A DNA stretch of 64,000 bases from Peptococcaceae bacterium UBA5757. GTDB lineage: Bacteria; Bacillota; Dehalobacteriia; UBA4068. The notes under the pieces are model-generated. The model did no database searches, was not told the origin of the DNA, and saw nothing but the letters and a program-made list of their open reading frames with translations. Of the stretch, positions 63,901 to 64,000 are shown in pieces. Location of the stretch: contig DIFD01000015.1 in NCBI GenBank assembly GCA_002418965.1, positions 215,088 through 279,087 of the forward strand. Reading direction: 5' to 3'. The translations under genes and the position numbers were made by a program. The stretch's first letter is position 1; each line of letters begins with the position of its first letter.

Positions 63901-64000
63901 ACCTTTGGTCATTTTTTTAGCTAGGAAAGAAGTAAAGATATTAATGATAAAAACAGTGATCAAAAGCACCAACGCCGTGGCATAAGCCTGATCAATATGC
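63901..64000 (-). CDS. pstA: Phosphate ABC transporter permease PstA, C-terminal end (partial; continues beyond the window)
   Basis: Reverse translation ...IDQAYATALVLLITVFIINIFTSFLAKKMTKG*. Stop overlaps the pstB SD region. Confidence 0.7.

Overview
This 64 kb window is mostly core chromosome from a spore-forming, S-layer (SLH) bearing Firmicute; Negativicutes or Peptococcaceae is a guess from gene content and a type A-like RNase P RNA. Coding density is high on both strands.

Recognisable genes, in order:
- spoIIE (5' truncated by the window edge), tilS, ftsH.
- The glycine-cleavage operon gcvT-gcvH-gcvPA-gcvPB.
- A DedA membrane protein, trmK, and a COG1579 zinc-ribbon protein.
- rnpB (RNase P RNA), preceded by an extra strong promoter and a structured ~140 nt element.
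- An EamA transporter.
- An in-frame TrmB-ThrC fusion ORF that has an internal Shine-Dalgarno before the ThrC start.
- The spore-germination pair cwlJ-gerQ.
- An acetolactate decarboxylase gene interrupted by an in-frame TAA.
- An MFS transporter and a beta-propeller lipoprotein in an AT-rich patch.
- fhs, then an orphan selB with a small Cys-rich protein downstream.
- A MarR / EmrB-like MFS / two HlyD adaptors efflux operon.
- A compact IS200/RAYT-like Y1-transposase gene flanked by 19 bp inverted repeats.
- secA, then prfB with its programmed +1 frameshift.
- A split transketolase and an orphan HgdC-like activase.
- A 2,444 aa SLH-anchored LRR / beta-helix / GLUG surface protein, translationally coupled to a ~98 aa upstream ORF and facing a divergent 507 aa XRE-HTH regulator.
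- cca, an Rrf2 regulator (CymR-like), cysK, metY, a decayed mnmA 3' remnant, and clpB.
- A PocR-PAS-GGDEF-HD-GYP signalling protein, msrAB, then phoR-phoP-phoU-pstB and the end of pstA.

No CRISPR array, tRNA or rRNA genes, glycine riboswitch, or S-box were seen.

The most unusual elements are:
- the giant surface-protein locus;
- the RAYT-like inverted-repeat unit;
- the TrmB-ThrC fusion;
- the structured element upstream of rnpB;
- several decayed genes (alsD, mnmA).
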